Assembly (NCBI GenBank): GCA_963845175.1
Contig: CAWJRI010000013.1
Location: forward strand, 1 to 38,187
Source of the DNA: an uncultured archaeon
GTDB taxonomy: Archaea > Nanobdellota > Nanobdellia > Woesearchaeales > CAIVOO01
DNA: 38,187 nucleotides
Reading direction: 5' to 3'
Part shown: positions 27,901 to 35,355 of the stretch, piece after piece
Layout of the letters: every line of letters starts with the position of its first letter
Position numbering within the stretch: the stretch's first letter is position 1
Program-made: the position numbers and the translations under genes
The notes under the pieces: model-generated
Databases searched by the model: none
Seen by the model: the letters and a program-made list of their open reading frames with translations, nothing else
Told to the model about the DNA's origin: nothing

Positions 27901-29525
27901 GAATCAAGACATTTGCATTTACGAAAGTTGCGTTCCTGACAGTCTGGCAGATTGTACTTATTATTATTTGTTTAGGTGTGATTGCAAGTGCTGTGCAGGA
28001 ATACAGGGTAGTTATGAAGAAGAAGAAGAAATACCAATTCATTGTAGATTATGAAACGCTTCCAGAACCAGGGCCGAGGTCTGCCTGCGTCGGAGTCGTA
28101 GCTGAAACCAACAAGAGGGCTTTTATTGATATTGACAAGTTAACAATGCACACAATAGTTGCGGGCGCAACAGGAGGCGGAAAGACTATAGCTGCGCAGG
28201 ACATTGTGGAGGAATGCCTGCTGAAGAACATATCTGTGGTTGTCTTTGACCCAACTGCCCAGTGGACCGGCTTCCTGAGAAAATGCGACGACAAAAAAAT
28301 GATGAGGCTTTACAGCAAATTCGGCCTTTCGCCAAAGGCAGCCCGCGCATTCAACGGAAGCATACATGAGGTGACAAATCCGAGGGAGGTGCTTGACCTC
28401 AAGAAGTTCATGAAGCCGGGCGAAATAAATATAATCGCCATAAACAAGCTCGAGCCTGAGGAGATTGACATATTTGTCGCAAACACAGTCAGGGAGATAT
28501 TCAGGATGAATCTTCCTGAATCCCCAGATCTGAAGACGTTGATAGTCTATGACGAAGTGCACCGCCTCCTGCCGAAGTACGGCGGGTCTGGCGAGGGAAT
28601 CATACAGCTTGAAAGGGGATGCAGGGAATTCAGGAAGTGGGGCGTTGGCGTGCTGCTCATCTCGCAGGTGTTGTCTGACTTCGTAGGCGAGATAAAGGCG
28701 AACATAAACACAGAAATGCAGATGAGGACCAGGCATGAAGGGGATTTGACAAGGATATCGCGCAAATACGGCGAATACATACTGCAGAACCTAGTAAGGG
28801 CGGGCGTCGGAACTGGAATGATTGAAAACGCCGAATGGAACAAGGGCCATCCATATCTTGTGACGTTCAGGCCGATACTGCACGCCACAAAGAGGCTGAC
28901 AGACGATGAACTTGAAAAATATAATAAATATGACAACATAGTCGAGGACATAAGAAATGAAATTGAACAGCTGAAAGATTCCAATGTTGATGTTTATGAC
29001 CTTGAAATCGAGCTGAACCTTGCGCTTGGCAAGCTCAAGTCAGGCAATTTTGAGATGGTTGAGATTTATCTTGACGGCATAAAACCAAGGATTCAGAAGC
29101 ACTGGCAGGCGCTTGGAAAGACGCCGAAGAAGCGTGAAATAAAGCTTGTGCCTGAAGAGGAAATTAAAAAAGAAATAGAAGAGGCAAAGAAGGCAAGAGA
29201 AGCTTACCTCACAAGGCTGAGAAAAGTTCCTGAGGTGGAGCTCGGCCAAGCTCTAAGAGAAGTAGTTGGAGAGTCTACGAAAAAGCCTGCTGAGGCTGAT
29301 AAAAAACCAGCTGAAAAGGGAGAAGTTTCAATCCGCGATCTCGTAAACCATTACAATGGTTTGAGGAAAAAGGTCTTGGAAATAAATGACAAGATAAAGC
29401 TGCGCGATGCCGCAACAAAACTGACAAAAACTGCAGAGGATGTTAAGAAAGCCATGCAGACAAACAACAGGGATGATATTGTCAGGCTGAAAAAAGACCT
29501 TGAGGAAATAGAAAAAGGTTTATAA
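18921..29525 (+). CDS. Giant (~3,530 aa) surface protein fused via a TM helix to a cytoplasmic HerA/FtsK/VirB4-like (DUF87-type) ATPase
   Basis: Probable GTG start after AGGTG. N-terminal anchor; Gly-rich repeats; thrombospondin type-3-like DNCPNNFNPGQEDSNHNGFGDVCD; many Ig/CARDB-like units; poly-Gly linker; TM ~27940-27995; Walker A GATGGGKT (~28164-28187); VVVFDPT; Walker B IVYDEVH; FRKWGVGVLLISQ. Confidence 0.9.
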   Translation: MGGKIPKLAGIVLVVVLIAVSVFFLCKNGPVKSSLKISYSLPNSQNKVTGFAVENATGEVKNLVLEDGAKIDYGSQAIDLSGVDLESAVKITNTSVYVDSKSAPELNKPARLTFYNVTISDPVILEDGKKCPNNVCSNIVFENEVLSFDVAHFTNFTYNANTNLTIWDETDSGRPYEGQLKYVNDVVLFFANYTNEAGNALTPTGNAGKCNISFAGSANNAMAYDGTKHVYTYSKSFYPKGDWKYNVSCVATGHTLLNVSDNATIKNKITCDARPDADTCTIINSYPILKETVINSADIGAKNLVIDSGGKIYSSPGNINLTINLTGNLTINNGGLINTSAAYTGNVLDPGHSGDIKIFANVIKVSGSILSEGSYGWGGHYYQQCGQDYYAYHGGYAGKIILNASEVYIYGSGSLRSMGNDAPSSSNPSWYDAGHGNEININATKTYIYAGALLSTVGGNNVNYDGSGCGMAEGGLGGNIRINSNSVNIDSASINLSGGISHYGAPGYGGILNITANTILYKGSTTATGQSSYYDGQIHFNFNNNMTRLSGYSYSPVAWIENSNHCAYSSGTFFNTSLVDNTNWIIDNYNCHLSGSHTLNNIVMKNSGNVTGSGLSLKVNNNFNSSNSAYITGLNLLNISKNATIISGTLGLGNAANLQVADVLKVSSGATLQGFKSLDPDMINISGNLVVSVNNANISGKNLIVGSTGQIYSSPISYSFKINVSENLTVKSGGKIHTYNLTWAVDMPVNTARSAGSMTILAKNINISGEIDSLGPGFTKSISDASRDYCADNVSKAGNIQINAANNIYLNGIIQAVGYSRLSGCYWVCGGGGGSIGLHANKNIIIYPNSKINSTGGIGTHTACYSYGNAGGAGGNISLSAKNISAKSLLKINARGGDAAEGWPIGGNGGSVKINATGSILNISTGIIDTRAGTVVGTQGYSGNVFLISPKTILSIINITTTGYNSSYDGNIKFTRLCGWNRGTYAPSANYNIINGYGDSDHDAIYDDSLVTVCGIYKDNCPNNFNPGQEDSNHNGFGDVCDATIYYTVQNQNTSQDSNNLVDIDNQPTAIWALYKTGVGMPIPANVFFNFYREGILIAGLSCFGNTNCTYNTTQSIGTHNITIEANSTIYPYTSVSFNFTVTNILVSRKLSGATNYLFNGYNTTRNLILSISGNMSYIHNNKRLDQNQQYELWIDGVKNASSVTMANGVYQTNLNVGNILGNHIAKINISQATGLYGETSVLYTVWMGTGLTNYLVQKQPGATDNQVDIDDKNVSINITYINDTSGPIPGTINITVNNVLKSCPPAKSCGQLFSLGTGKNIPALGTYTVYFTARNNSAYYRPQTTTAGQYQIRVRNITITETITPDHAQPGQLITVSGRAFYADNNENVTNKYLSIYVNGTFNKSVQTNTVGVYTHTFHAYPVQDAGIYNVSVNYTDTNGIGGKSVKLFGIFTPTKVSVINWTYNKTTAVFNISANYSRADTNQPISGNWNVILKNTKIPSINATKQCYGKNICTLSFKLGTGAGVDLRGGNTTIIVSAKNESAYFNSSSYSFLKYLEEKNTTVKLWVQSRVVTDKVSAPYSLNITAVLNNTGFGTAYNPIIYVTYFDSGFSSPNSILPCTANLTPSDLGGNICRLNFTINISAATGEGNYIIYWKANFTNNDKSTKLSSPATKSTINISGIATVALETPFKRTISHRTTAYFVTEINNTGTTTARHVNVTFSNRGLPQSWVNWTWYNFGRNHDSNGLLDLICDQITINGGGTSYCTADEWGKAYEPLNITVSVPAGTSPGNYIGILNFSYCFGPSCSQKHYREMLLNISVPLDNSWYQYPKISYKTVGLNIPGTIETIFVNNTGNVNENFTIAYGKNLTQSYPKFAPEDNPSTIFAPKNSLVSFSLVHGAFTTAKNYVLEVNITNATANPQLNTTLIYLTVVNVPPSITITKVSENPVDVNRQINITANITNDDNSPQNTVKAWGVFNHSSGISYKTPVQSFTVSPGNYITKTFSYSPQLNGTYKVTIFANDTGNRIGNTSVFFSTWGYTTLNITRNMSAVKIYNVTQADSKKFSFNLTVKNIGHARAYITNLTAFVPSGWLATITRIGTIVINQIKSAVINITVPATTKPGLYYVYPKAVWRQANGTIVGNLGESINVNVTSTQRLSLGNYLNSTSVDHGTTKKTNFTLNSIGNTNLTDAHITCSGVECGTFGIILSPSYIANIAGGNYKRINLTISVPRGQAWLAGGYFVTIGASNAYDSKSYSLNIIVPKDETYASKSNITINTVSKYKSVYYYRINNTGNVNESLVFNLTGAQVTPIINLLKNGTLITAQQHYDLGLNYTAPDISGTNVRNGNLTIRGPVNKIIPIIFNTYGVVLGVKNISKTSNIIAGNKLVFRFNISLAGTPLMANVSYKIYISGNKATINYKRISNNDTILNFTAPAARDGRRNNLTLETTYNSNIGVLVFNTTLVNALLYRDVTPPSVIDEYSPSVELGNNITMEINTTDNINISRAIAVVNGITYALATTNGYTYKYTFATPAKGDYDITYKINDTTNNLRTYSEYFEVFEYKHLYGVVNDYKNVSTIFKFYRPNSTQLLYNYTTNHIYNLTVHKRNYDIIIAFTNSTLTLRGVNATILPDDFLKMGKVPSTIRVTPSVKTLNGIGGSINLSNINGLLMFEFNPNDIADLNRLGIWKCSSWNMASESCSSSWTKITSTVINNHIYAILTSLSAYIFGQDNSVAATTVTNVGGGGGGGGPSISQIAQLVNESKQILQEIKKQAIRGLSVDTTDVSVELYPGESASTIIKLVNTRNETVTAHIKVSGDAANYTTVSPESVVLAKGEEAGFDVEINIPKTELESGMKYGRIILSAGEEETDIPVKIRLLAPVGMEPKITVEPLSTNVVPGENLKVQFEITHPIEIPRLYNVSLELVNTQFGAVISEISQKYAIGKTTVDSLTLNVPQNAALGEYYVKGTLYYNESGVIKSVTDAKPVSIVKPLTERIKTFAFTKVAFLTVWQIVLIIICLGVIASAVQEYRVVMKKKKKYQFIVDYETLPEPGPRSACVGVVAETNKRAFIDIDKLTMHTIVAGATGGGKTIAAQDIVEECLLKNISVVVFDPTAQWTGFLRKCDDKKMMRLYSKFGLSPKAARAFNGSIHEVTNPREVLDLKKFMKPGEINIIAINKLEPEEIDIFVANTVREIFRMNLPESPDLKTLIVYDEVHRLLPKYGGSGEGIIQLERGCREFRKWGVGVLLISQVLSDFVGEIKANINTEMQMRTRHEGDLTRISRKYGEYILQNLVRAGVGTGMIENAEWNKGHPYLVTFRPILHATKRLTDDELEKYNKYDNIVEDIRNEIEQLKDSNVDVYDLEIELNLALGKLKSGNFEMVEIYLDGIKPRIQKHWQALGKTPKKREIKLVPEEEIKKEIEEAKKAREAYLTRLRKVPEVELGQALREVVGESTKKPAEADKKPAEKGEVSIRDLVNHYNGLRKKVLEINDKIKLRDAATKLTKTAEDVKKAMQTNNRDDIVRLKKDLEEIEKGL

Positions 29526-29560
29526 AAAAGAAATGATTAACTTCAAAAAAAGAGGCGAAA

Positions 29561-30640
29561 ATGGGATTATTCACAAGGAAAACAAAAACAGATATTGAGG
29601 AGATGATAGCTGCGCCTGAAGAGGAAGAGGCGCCCAAGGAAGAAGTTAATGCTCATTCTGAAATAAGAATTTCAGCGAAGATTGAAAAGCTTGGGGCGCA
29701 GATTGAGGCACTGAACGAGCTCAGAAAGGTCAATGAAGAAAGATTCAGCAGGCTCAACGAGCAGATAGGCGAGATAAGGGATAATCTATTTCAGAAAGAG
29801 AAAGACATAAAGGACATAGAAATTAAGGCGGTTAGGGCGCATGACCTTGTGGAAAGCGTTCAGCCACAGCAGCTTGGAGGCATGGTCCAGAAAGAGGACG
29901 CAAAAATAGAGTCGCTGAGAGCGGGTGTCGAGGGCAGCAGGGCGCTGCTTGATAATGTTGTTGAGGATTTGAAGGACATAAGAAGAAGGATTGAGATGTT
30001 CAGGGGTGTGGAGCAGGTTATCAAGCTCAGCCAGGATGTTAAAAATGACCTTATAGGCGTTGAAAAGGTGAGGGTTGATGCAGAGCGCCATGCTGACAAG
30101 GTTTCAGGCATATTCACAGAGGTTGAGCGCAGGTTCAAGGATTTCGCTGACCTGAAAAATAGGATAGGTGATATTGAATCATCATTCAAATCAGTGCTCA
30201 AGGAGTTCGACGAGATGCGGACAAAGGTTTCTGAGATTGTAAGCTCTGAGCAGCTGAACAGGCTGAAGGATGAGATTCACAGCGAAAACTCGTCAATAAT
30301 ATTAAACCTTAACAAGCTGAAAAGTGAGTTTGAACAGCTGAATAAGCCGGCTGTAAAACCAGAGGATTTCAGGGTCGCGATGTCTAGGGTGAGGGAAATG
30401 GTAAGGAGGGGAAAGAGTGACGAAGATATTGTCGCGTTCCTAAGCATATTCAAACTTCAGCCGAGCATAGAGGCATTCATAGTCAATGACTGCAGAAATC
30501 CCGAGAGCGTTCTAATGAGGATTGTGGATTTCATAAGAAAGGAGCGCTCCATCGGAAGGGTTGACGAGGAAATCAAAGAAGCTGTTCTTTCAAAAGGCTG
30601 GTCAAGAGAAGTTGCGGACCTGGCATTAAGCTTTGCCTAG
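29561..30640 (+). CDS. Cytoplasmic coiled-coil protein with C-terminal helical domain
   Basis: MGLF start, long heptad region, C-terminal ...EEIKEAVLSKGWSREVADLAL; 35 bp after the giant gene, with GAGG upstream. Confidence 0.85.
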   Translation: MGLFTRKTKTDIEEMIAAPEEEEAPKEEVNAHSEIRISAKIEKLGAQIEALNELRKVNEERFSRLNEQIGEIRDNLFQKEKDIKDIEIKAVRAHDLVESVQPQQLGGMVQKEDAKIESLRAGVEGSRALLDNVVEDLKDIRRRIEMFRGVEQVIKLSQDVKNDLIGVEKVRVDAERHADKVSGIFTEVERRFKDFADLKNRIGDIESSFKSVLKEFDEMRTKVSEIVSSEQLNRLKDEIHSENSSIILNLNKLKSEFEQLNKPAVKPEDFRVAMSRVREMVRRGKSDEDIVAFLSIFKLQPSIEAFIVNDCRNPESVLMRIVDFIRKERSIGRVDEEIKEAVLSKGWSREVADLALSFA

Positions 30641-31134
30641 TACCTGTACAAATTCAAGAATGATTTTACTGCCGTATGAAGGTTGGTGGTGTCTGTCTTA
30701 AGGCTGTTCTCAAATTTCTGCGTGTAAATCTTGTAGACATACTTGTCAACCAGCGTCCTTATGAAGAATAAAACAGGCTTCTGCTCCCATCTCTGGGCAT
30801 AGTCTGTTTCAAGGTAAGCGTCAAAATTTATCGCTATTTCGCCCTTATTCATCCTGCGCTTCTTCTTGTCTATCTCTATGTCAACTTCCTTTACATTCAT
30901 CATAATTATCTTCATCACAATCCTGTTCTGCACATAATCAGAAACCTTCCTGTTAGGCTCGAGCCTCATCTCAATATATTTCCCCTCCTGCTTGACATAT
31001 TCGATTGTTTCCTTTTCAACCTTGTCGTAGCCGTTCTCCTTTAGCCAGTCGTCAATTATTTTATACAAGTCCAGAACGCTGAACAAGCCGTCGTATTTCA
31101 GCAACATTCCTTTTATTACGAGTCTTTTTTCCAT
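30637..31134 (-). CDS. Hypothetical protein, paralog of 31137-31667
   Basis: Ungapped similarity to its neighbour (G.F.....Y..I..W.KE..YD; NKG; DY..R.E.KP). Confidence 0.88.
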   Translation of the reverse strand: MEKRLVIKGMLLKYDGLFSVLDLYKIIDDWLKENGYDKVEKETIEYVKQEGKYIEMRLEPNRKVSDYVQNRIVMKIIMMNVKEVDIEIDKKKRRMNKGEIAINFDAYLETDYAQRWEQKPVLFFIRTLVDKYVYKIYTQKFENSLKTDTTNLHTAVKSFLNLYRY

Positions 31135-31136
31135 TG

Positions 31137-31667
31137 TTAAAATGCGCTGTAAGCGGTCTCCATATTTAATATTTTCTTTATTTCAGTATGAAGCGTGTAT
31201 ACCTCATAGTAAAGCGTATCCACAGGACCAAGCATCAGCTTCATCCAAAGTATATTGTCAATTAGGAGATTATAAAGCTGGATATAAAAAGGCTTTTCCT
31301 CAAATCTTTTCTCGTAATCAAAAACAACCTCCATGTTTATTACAACCGTCATCCTGCCTTTATTTAATTTTTGTTTTTTCCCGTCCTTTACAACCTCAAC
31401 ATCAGTCATGTCCCAGATATGCAGGTCAACACTAACTTTGTACATTATCCATTCTGACTGCTTTCTTTCGCCCTTGAAAGATATTTCAACCTCAGGACCT
31501 TTTGGGGTTGCCTTGTGCTTGTAGGCTGTTTCGTGAACATCGTAAAGCCTTTCCTTAAACCAGCTGTAGATGCCTCTGTAAAATTTGTCATAATCGAAGA
31601 CTCCAGAAAACTTTATCTCACTTATTGTCTCCTTTACACTTGGTATCTTTTTTTTGGGAATAGCCAT
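31137..31667 (-). CDS. Hypothetical protein, paralog of 30637-31134
   Basis: Same shared motifs; 2-bp spacing suggests translational coupling. Confidence 0.88.
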   Translation of the reverse strand: MAIPKKKIPSVKETISEIKFSGVFDYDKFYRGIYSWFKERLYDVHETAYKHKATPKGPEVEISFKGERKQSEWIMYKVSVDLHIWDMTDVEVVKDGKKQKLNKGRMTVVINMEVVFDYEKRFEEKPFYIQLYNLLIDNILWMKLMLGPVDTLYYEVYTLHTEIKKILNMETAYSAF

Positions 31668-31683
31668 TTTTAATCTTGAATAC

Positions 31684-31821
31684 GCGCGGTCACGCGCTTA
31701 ACTATTATGACACTTGTCTAATAATTTCCCACGAAAATGCACTCATTTTCGGGGCCCAGAAAATCTCTGATTTTCTTGGGCTTTTTGATCAAACTTTTTC
31801 GTTTTCTAAAGAAAAAGTTTG
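31684..31821. repeat. Array of five consecutive hairpins in an intergenic spacer
   Basis: gcgcg/cgcgc; tatta.gaca/tgtctaata; cgaaaatg/cattttcg; gccca-gaaaatc/gattttc-t-tgggc; caaactttttc/gaaaaagtttg. Confidence 0.8.
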
Positions 31822-31823
31822 TT

Positions 31824-33668
31824 TTAGTAGTTCAGCATTACTTCGACATCACTGCCGAATATCGTTTTAAGATTCTCAAGAGTTTTTTCCTTCAGGTAAA
31901 CCTTTGGCGGCATCTCAAGAGACGCAAGCGCCTTTTCAAGCTCTTCAAGATTGGATTCCTTCAGATCCTTGAATGTCCCCTCTTTTGTGACCTTCGCTCT
32001 TGTTATATCTTTTTCTGCCTGCTTTATATCATGAATTATGAACGCTTCATCACCCAAAAGCACAACCTCGCCGAATGTTTCGCCGTGCTTGACCCTGATT
32101 CTCGCTTTTTCAAACTCCTTTCCTTTTTTCCTCTGCATGTATTCTATGACAAACCTGATGAACTGGGCAGATTCCTTTTTCACTTTTGCGACTTCTGTCT
32201 TTGTCAGCTTCTTCTGGTCGTAATCCTTCTTCGCCTTCAGCACATCTTTCATGATTCTCGCGTATTTTTCAGGTATCTTTCCTGTTGAAACCATTGCATT
32301 GTTGAAAAGCTCAATTACTTCCTCCTCCTTTGCCCTTTCGATTCCCTCAAGCGTTAGCACGTCCCTCACAATGGATATAATTGTCTCGTAAATCTGCACC
32401 ATGCTCTCCTCTTCCTTTCTTTTTTCTATCTGCGAGAAGAGCTTCTTCAGCCTTACAAGGTATTTATCACAATTTGAAATCAAGTCATCAAGCTCCTTGC
32501 CTGACACATTTTTTAATGTGCCATGCTCAAGCTGTTTTCTGACGAGTATTGCCTTTTCAAGTATTTTGATATAAGATTCCTCAAGTAGTTTTTCCTTCTG
32601 CACGAAAATCTCCCTCATTACAACAGGAGTTTCCTTTGGCGTCGGCGGAGGAACGCCGTACATCATCAATGCAGCCTGGCTTGGAGTGAGTATTGCGTAG
32701 AAAAGATCTTCCATGGCAATCTCATTTATTTTCATGGCAATTCTCTTCAGCACCTGCTCGCCTGTTGACATGTACATCTCAATTGCTTCGCCAGACGGCT
32801 TTATCCTTCCCATCTTCAAAAGCTGTTTCCAGGGCATGAACACTCCTCTATCATAAAACGGCACGCCATCCCTTAGGAAAGTGAAGATTATCGGATTTGC
32901 CTCTTTTATGTTCTCCCAGAAATCAGTCAGGATGTAGACCTGGATGTTTAATTTATTTTTTATCCCAGTTAACTCGCCTGCCTCAAGCCCCATTCCGATT
33001 ATGATTGCCCTTAGCTTGTCCTTCAGCTCAGCCCTTGTCATCCGCTTAACATCTGTGTCGTCTATGACAAGAAATACGTCAATGTCAGATTCCGGCGTCG
33101 CCTTGCCCTGAACAAGCGAGCCTGCAAGAACATAGGCAACAATGTATTTCTCGAACTTCTTGAGCGTCATTGTCTTGTGGATTTCAGCTATTTTTATTGC
33201 AGAAAGCATTCCTGTGTCATGTATGGGCGCTGCCATTGCTATCATCTGCAAAATCTCGTATTTGCCGTCGTAGCATGCCTGCCACAAATCAGAAATCAGA
33301 AGAACCTGCGGAGCGATGTTCTCGTCAATCCCTTTTGCAGTCTCCTCAATTATCTTTGTGAGCTTCTCGTTAAGCTCATATTTGCTCATTTTTGTCGAAT
33401 CAGAATCATCAACAAGCACAAGAACGTGAATCTTGTTCTTGTCTATCTGCTCGCCTTCCTGCGGTTTTGGCGGAGGCAGCAGCGCAACCCCCATTATGTA
33501 GCTTTCAAACTTCTTTACAATCTCCTTCGAGAACTTGTCAAGCTTCTCCTTTATCTTCTTGAGCTTCTCCTTCACTTCCTTTGGAAGCTCCGGAAGCTTC
33601 TCTTGAGCTTCTTCTGCTGGCTTTGCCTCATAATCCAGCCCCTCTTCTTTTTTGTTATCATCTGCCAT
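31824..33668 (-). CDS. Tandem pol-beta nucleotidyltransferase domains fused to HEPN-like domain(s)
   Basis: GSLVQGKATPESDIDVFLVIDD (33122-33078) with a degenerate N-terminal copy (IHVLVLVDD); helical region DLFYAILTPSQAALM...RKQLEH (Rx4H at 32540-32523). Confidence 0.82.
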   Translation of the reverse strand: MADDNKKEEGLDYEAKPAEEAQEKLPELPKEVKEKLKKIKEKLDKFSKEIVKKFESYIMGVALLPPPKPQEGEQIDKNKIHVLVLVDDSDSTKMSKYELNEKLTKIIEETAKGIDENIAPQVLLISDLWQACYDGKYEILQMIAMAAPIHDTGMLSAIKIAEIHKTMTLKKFEKYIVAYVLAGSLVQGKATPESDIDVFLVIDDTDVKRMTRAELKDKLRAIIIGMGLEAGELTGIKNKLNIQVYILTDFWENIKEANPIIFTFLRDGVPFYDRGVFMPWKQLLKMGRIKPSGEAIEMYMSTGEQVLKRIAMKINEIAMEDLFYAILTPSQAALMMYGVPPPTPKETPVVMREIFVQKEKLLEESYIKILEKAILVRKQLEHGTLKNVSGKELDDLISNCDKYLVRLKKLFSQIEKRKEEESMVQIYETIISIVRDVLTLEGIERAKEEEVIELFNNAMVSTGKIPEKYARIMKDVLKAKKDYDQKKLTKTEVAKVKKESAQFIRFVIEYMQRKKGKEFEKARIRVKHGETFGEVVLLGDEAFIIHDIKQAEKDITRAKVTKEGTFKDLKESNLEELEKALASLEMPPKVYLKEKTLENLKTIFGSDVEVMLNY

Positions 33669-33760
33669 ATTAGGACCATTTATAAATTATATATATAAAG
33701 CTTTTGTTTTTTACTGCAAAATAGAAAAATTTATAAAATGAAGGACGCAATCCACATGTT

Positions 33761-34462
33761 ATGGCAGAGAACGCATTGGAAGATAAAGTGAATAAGTTGG
33801 CAGAGTTAGCTGAGCCTAAGAAAGAGGAAGAAAGAGGCACGCTGGCAAATCGGGTAAGTGAAGCTATCAGGAAGTCAGTTATTTACACAATGGGCAAAGT
33901 GCGCGGTGTTGATGATGAAGGCATGCCAAAGGATTTTGCAATTGGCGAATATAATAAGGAAGAAAGATTCTTCAAAGGTGGATATGACACAGTTAAAAAG
34001 ATAGTGTATAATGTGGCTGAAACTCTGGTTACCTATCTTCTGCCGAAAAAGAGCAAAGAAGAGCGCAAAAAATTCATGGACACGCTGAAAGATGCAAAGA
34101 TGTTCCCTGATTTTGTTTTGGCAAAGTTCGGGATTGATATTGAGAAATTTAAAGGAGATTTAATGATGAATGGAAAAAATATAATGCAAAGCGAAAATCT
34201 TCAAAAAATAATTAGGGCAGTAGGACAACATTTCTCCGAAAGTGAGGTTGAAGAAGTAAAAAAAGAAATAACAAATTATGGGTTTGAATTTAAGGATAAA
34301 TTATATGGGCTTGCTGAAAAAGCATTGGGAAAATTAGGCTACAAGCTAGAGCCAAAAAATGTACGTGAGCCAAGCGAAGTTGTTGGTCTTTTGGAAATGG
34401 CATATGGCAAAAAGATTGCAAAGAAGCATTTAGAAGACATACCTTATTTGAAAGCTGCTTAA
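33761..34462 (+). CDS. Hypothetical protein, 233 aa
   Basis: Charged helical ORF with a TATA box 24 nt upstream. Confidence 0.8.
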   Translation: MAENALEDKVNKLAELAEPKKEEERGTLANRVSEAIRKSVIYTMGKVRGVDDEGMPKDFAIGEYNKEERFFKGGYDTVKKIVYNVAETLVTYLLPKKSKEERKKFMDTLKDAKMFPDFVLAKFGIDIEKFKGDLMMNGKNIMQSENLQKIIRAVGQHFSESEVEEVKKEITNYGFEFKDKLYGLAEKALGKLGYKLEPKNVREPSEVVGLLEMAYGKKIAKKHLEDIPYLKAA

Positions 34463-35247
34463 ATTCTATTGACAACCTTAATCAGATAAATTCTTGAGAA
34501 TGTTATTGCAAGCGTTGTAAGGATTACTCCTGCGACGAGACCTGCAATTGTGTTGAGGCTGAAAATTCCCCAGCTGACGAGATAGACTGCTGCAAACAGC
34601 ACAATGATTATTAGATAGGTCAGAAGCAGAAGATGCGCCTTCTTTATTGTGGCATTGAACAGCTTCTTCATTATTTCCCTGAACTTTCCGTGGACAGAAT
34701 AGGAAGCCAGCTCAAAGTACGCAAGCAGAGCCAGAAGAATGCATGTTATTATTGTTATAGGGCTGCCTGACACACTATAAAGAATGTTGTGGAAGCTGAT
34801 TCTGAAAAATGCGTAGACAATCAGCATAAACAATGCCCACCAGACTGCGCTGTGCAGGGCGAATGTGGCGAAGTGCCTGAAAAAATTAATTTTAATTTTA
34901 TTGATTCTGAAGCCCAGCCACCAGCTTACTGACTGCATCACAACCCACACAAAAAACATGGCAAGCACGAAGTAAATGAGCATGCTGACGATGAAGCCAA
35001 TCTGCGGGCTAAGCGAAGGAACCTGCGAAAGCATCCCGAAAACATTATCAGCAGGCTGGACATTCTGCAGCATATCTTTTGTGGCTGCTCCTGAAAGGCT
35101 GTTTATCTTGTCCATTATTCCTATGACAAAGAAAAGATAGACCATGCCGAACAAAAGCATAAAAACAAAATCAACAAGTGAATTTAACGCGAAAAGCCCT
35201 GGCCTCTTTTTGATTGACCTCGATGATTCAGCGAATTCCTTGAGCAT
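34459..35247 (-). CDS. Multi-pass membrane protein
   Basis: About six hydrophobic segments; no family recognised. Confidence 0.82.
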   Translation of the reverse strand: MLKEFAESSRSIKKRPGLFALNSLVDFVFMLLFGMVYLFFVIGIMDKINSLSGAATKDMLQNVQPADNVFGMLSQVPSLSPQIGFIVSMLIYFVLAMFFVWVVMQSVSWWLGFRINKIKINFFRHFATFALHSAVWWALFMLIVYAFFRISFHNILYSVSGSPITIITCILLALLAYFELASYSVHGKFREIMKKLFNATIKKAHLLLLTYLIIIVLFAAVYLVSWGIFSLNTIAGLVAGVILTTLAITFSRIYLIKVVNRI

Positions 35248-35355
35248 AACACATCATTTGAAAACCGCGTTTTTAAATCTTTCTAAATATTGAAGCTTAA
35301 TTACGTTCCTTTTTAAATCATAACCTTTTTAAACCCTTTATATATTCTTTAAAGC

